DNA of 56,896 nucleotides, the filler included, from Barthelona sp. PAP020 (Eukaryota): the NCBI GenBank assembly GCA_040182905.1. It is 4 parts of 4 records of this genome, joined end to end, with 100 filler letters (N's around TTAATTAATTAA, not from the genome) between each part and the next. Parts side by side here need not be neighbours in the genome. Positions count along the whole stretch, not along the records: positions 42,894 to 56,896 come from JARQWU010000308.1; 3 more parts are not named here. One strand, written 5' to 3'. Under the pieces are notes generated by a model. The model saw nothing but the letters and a program-made list of their open reading frames with translations, was not told the DNA's origin and did not search any database. The position numbers were made by a program, and so were the translations under genes. Below, one piece after another: positions 54,041 to 56,896 of the stretch (position 1 is the first letter of the stretch; every line of letters starts with the position of its first letter).

Positions 54041-55681
54041 ATGTCATTGGTAGAAGTATTAATCGCACCAAAAATTTCTGAAATTGATAGAGCTTTATTA
54101 TTAAGATTATCGGACAAAACTCAAACAAAACCTTATGAAGTCAAATTTATTGATGCTACTTTAAGACGTCAAGCATTTTTGGACAAGAAAATTAAAAAAG
54201 CCAAAAAGTTAGGTTCCTTTCGCGTCAAACGAGTAATTTCTCAAAAAAAAAACTGTTTATATGATAATGCCGCTAATATGATGAATGATTTGGAAACTCG
54301 TTTGAATAGGGCTGAACGTAGACATGGTTTATTTTTGCAAAGAATAAAATTAGGATGTCATCATCATAACATTTTGGTAGATATTAGTAAACACAATTGT
54401 CTTACAAATGGTCATTCAAAAATCGCTTTTTTGAAAGCCAAGATGTTGGAAAAACAAATTCAAGCAAATCACAATCGAAATAAAATTTGGAGAAAGAAGG
54501 CAAGGAGTTTTGAAATTTGGAAGATCAGACGAAATCAAGGGATAAAACAGTTTATCAATTCAAATGATGAATTGAAAATGAAAATTGACAGTGAACATCA
54601 TCATGCTGGTTTTAAGGAAGTTGATGAAATCGAAAGAAAACGAGAATTTGCTTTGAAAGATATTCAACATGTTAAAGAAGTTCTCAGTCGAAAGAAACAA
54701 AAATTATTGCAGTTAAAAAAAAGCATTTATGTTAAGCAGAAGGCAAGTTCTGACAGAAGAGAAATGTATTTGTCTGAAATAATCAGCAAGGCAAGATATC
54801 ATAATGAAAGAGTAAAATATACCTTAGCCGAATTAAAGGACAGAAAATCTCAAGAATTAAGATTACATTTTGAAAAAATGGATAAGATGGAACGGAATTA
54901 TCAAGAACAACTGATTCAACGTGCTTCATTTGCAAAAAGATCCTCCTTAAGGCAAAATATTATCAAAAGGTTGAATCAATTGAAGACACAATGTTTATAT
55001 TTGACTATTATGAGAAAACAAGCGGAAGCTGACAGAAGAAGAGAGAATTTTTTGTTGAAGAAGTGTTTATTCGCTAAAAAGGATGTTAGATTAGTTAGTT
55101 ATCGCAAAGTACTTGATTATTATCGTAAATCAGAGCAAAGACAATCTTTGAACAAAAGGATGGAAAGAGCATTTAATCACAGAAAACGTTATTTGGAGAA
55201 GACTTTGGAGTTTGCAAAGAAACGTGATATTCGAGCGCACAAATTACTTTTAAAGTTGCAAAACAATTGCGATTTGTTGAATTCTCGAATTTCATGCAAT
55301 CTCAAGAATGCAGCTCAAAGACGTAGAATAGCATTTTCAGAACGATCTCTTTTTGCCATTAAGGATTTGAGAAGAGTGGAAGAGAATAAGCACAAGGTAT
55401 ATTTGAATCAATTGAATAAACTTTCCAAATTGCACACAAAATTGGAAAAAGCATCGCTTGAATATGAGATGAATTTGTTGAGCACATCTGAAAAGGCCAA
55501 AAGAATGTCTTTAAGATCTGCACCAAATTCACCAGAAAGTTTCAATTATGAAATTGAGGACAAAAAGAATATAGCTTTGTCAAAAATAAATGAAAAACTT
55601 GAAGCTGCTTCTAAAAGAAGAGATAAATATCTAAAAAGTAGAATTTCTCACGTGAAAACGCTGTCTTCTCCCAGAATTTGA
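54041..55681 (+). CDS. Basic K/R-rich helical repeat/coiled-coil protein
   Basis: Recurrent A-x-x-RR-x-x-(F/Y)L units; first ATG at 54041. Confidence 0.75.
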   Translation: MSLVEVLIAPKISEIDRALLLRLSDKTQTKPYEVKFIDATLRRQAFLDKKIKKAKKLGSFRVKRVISQKKNCLYDNAANMMNDLETRLNRAERRHGLFLQRIKLGCHHHNILVDISKHNCLTNGHSKIAFLKAKMLEKQIQANHNRNKIWRKKARSFEIWKIRRNQGIKQFINSNDELKMKIDSEHHHAGFKEVDEIERKREFALKDIQHVKEVLSRKKQKLLQLKKSIYVKQKASSDRREMYLSEIISKARYHNERVKYTLAELKDRKSQELRLHFEKMDKMERNYQEQLIQRASFAKRSSLRQNIIKRLNQLKTQCLYLTIMRKQAEADRRRENFLLKKCLFAKKDVRLVSYRKVLDYYRKSEQRQSLNKRMERAFNHRKRYLEKTLEFAKKRDIRAHKLLLKLQNNCDLLNSRISCNLKNAAQRRRIAFSERSLFAIKDLRRVEENKHKVYLNQLNKLSKLHTKLEKASLEYEMNLLSTSEKAKRMSLRSAPNSPESFNYEIEDKKNIALSKINEKLEAASKRRDKYLKSRISHVKTLSSPRI

Positions 55682-55832
55682 CAAGTTCATAAAATATTCC
55701 CTTATTTTTTTTTTTGATTCAGTCAACATTGAACAAATTATTAAAAAGCTTTGCTATGTCAGAGAAAAGGGAAGATAAATTTTTTCCATATTGATTTTAC
55801 CTTTGATTTCAAGTCCCTTTTTAGAAATTGAC

Positions 55833-56495
55833 ATGAGCATAGAATTGAATGATCAAGTTAAATTCACACAAATACATATATCTTTAGACGATAATGATTT
55901 GTTAGAAAGGATTTTTGAATTGAGTGATTTCTTTGAACCATATTATCCTACTTTTCATTACCCACACCATCATGCTGCACATTTTGAACAAGTTGCATTT
56001 TATTCAGCAAAAATTGCTCAAAGTATTGGTATTGATGTTGATGCGGCAATAATTGGGGGTTTACTGCATGATTTGGGAAGAGATAGAATTGAATATAAAA
56101 ATCCACAAGCTCATGGACCCAGAGGTGGTGAATATTGTCGCAAAATGGTAGAGAATGGCGTATTTGATAAATTTAATGGATTGCCAATAGATCAAATTAT
56201 TGAAGCTATCGAAATTCATACATCTGTGGATAAAGCACCAAGAACAAATCCAATTGCTGTCTGTGTGTGTGATGGGGATAGATTGACTCTTGCTAGGTTT
56301 AAAGGAAGAATTATTTTGCCTAGATTTTTATCTTCAGAATGGGCATACAATGCTTCTTTGAAAATCAATGGAGAAAAACAACCAAATGAAGAGTTTGTTC
56401 CTGTAATTCCAACTGCCAACAGAAATTTTTTGAACCCGTCAATACTATCACATCAATTTTTTGAAGAACACAGAAATACCAGAAAAGTACGATAA
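55833..56495 (+). CDS. HD-domain metal-dependent phosphohydrolase
   Basis: H...V, LLHDLGR, HGPRG, IEIHT, CDGDRLTLAR; first ATG at 55833. Confidence 0.88.
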   Translation: MSIELNDQVKFTQIHISLDDNDLLERIFELSDFFEPYYPTFHYPHHHAAHFEQVAFYSAKIAQSIGIDVDAAIIGGLLHDLGRDRIEYKNPQAHGPRGGEYCRKMVENGVFDKFNGLPIDQIIEAIEIHTSVDKAPRTNPIAVCVCDGDRLTLARFKGRIILPRFLSSEWAYNASLKINGEKQPNEEFVPVIPTANRNFLNPSILSHQFFEEHRNTRKVR

Positions 56496-56828
56496 TTTCA
56501 GCACATCAAAGGATTTCTTGTTCTAAAAGATGAATAATTTTGTCTTGTTTGGGAATGTCAGGATCTTTCATTTGACATGTTGCATTTGTTTGTTTGTTTT
56601 TTTGTTTTTTCTTCACACTTTTCTTTTTTCGAGGAGTCTTTGGTATTTTATTGATTCAAAGAGATTGAAGAGTGAAAATAAACTTCAAATAGTTTTATTC
56701 ACAATTCAAAAAAAAAATTCTGTAATTTATAGAATTGTTTAAAATCAACATGTACAAACCCAAAAAGCATTATGTAAACTTTATTTTTCAATTTCTTTTA
56801 TCTTTTGAGAGCTGCGTACTTTTTGAAT

Positions 56829-56894
56829 TTAATAATCAAACTCATCATAATATGCGTCTTGCTGTTCCTGTTCTGCCAAAGCAGCGAGACGCTC
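56829..56894 (-). CDS. Possible 3' end of a gene cut by the window edge (ERLAALAEQEQQDAYYDEFDY*)
   Basis: Protein-like open frame ending in TAA. Confidence 0.45.
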   Translation of the reverse strand, partial: ERLAALAEQEQQDAYYDEFDY

Positions 56895-56896
56895 AT

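Noticed and set aside
5606..55833. Widespread TTG/GTG/CTG start codons implied by the ORF track
   Set aside because: Nearly all have a nearby in-frame ATG or an intron-restored ATG; the track appears to use bacterial start rules

Overview
This window is AT-rich, gene-dense eukaryotic nuclear DNA, not bacterial. It is four unrelated contigs (14241, 14181, 14171 and 14003 bp, in descending size order) joined by artificial 100-nt N-TTAATTAATTAA-N spacers. Gene content suggests a flagellated, probably anaerobic protist, possibly a metamonad (inference). The supporting genes are a NuoF with a short ML-type leader, CFAP418, a dynein heavy chain paralog, SMC1, DCC1, Rad52, AP-3 beta, PDI, Bud32, TYW1, thiolase, ICMT, Dpy-30, TPI and a GT5 glycogen synthase. 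Highlights: (1) rare 33-37 nt spliceosomal introns near gene 5' ends, with the branch point almost fused to the 3' AG; one appears to create the ATG start codon by splicing and one has a U12-like donor; (2) a dynein heavy chain with degenerate AAA1 motifs and inserted IQ motifs; (3) a kinesin with a degenerate P-loop; (4) a BTB-metallothionein-like fusion directly upstream of an ASCH-like/toxin-like gene; (5) a TYW1 lacking its flavodoxin domain; (6) a bacterial-like HD hydrolase. All family calls come from motif recognition by eye; no searches were run.
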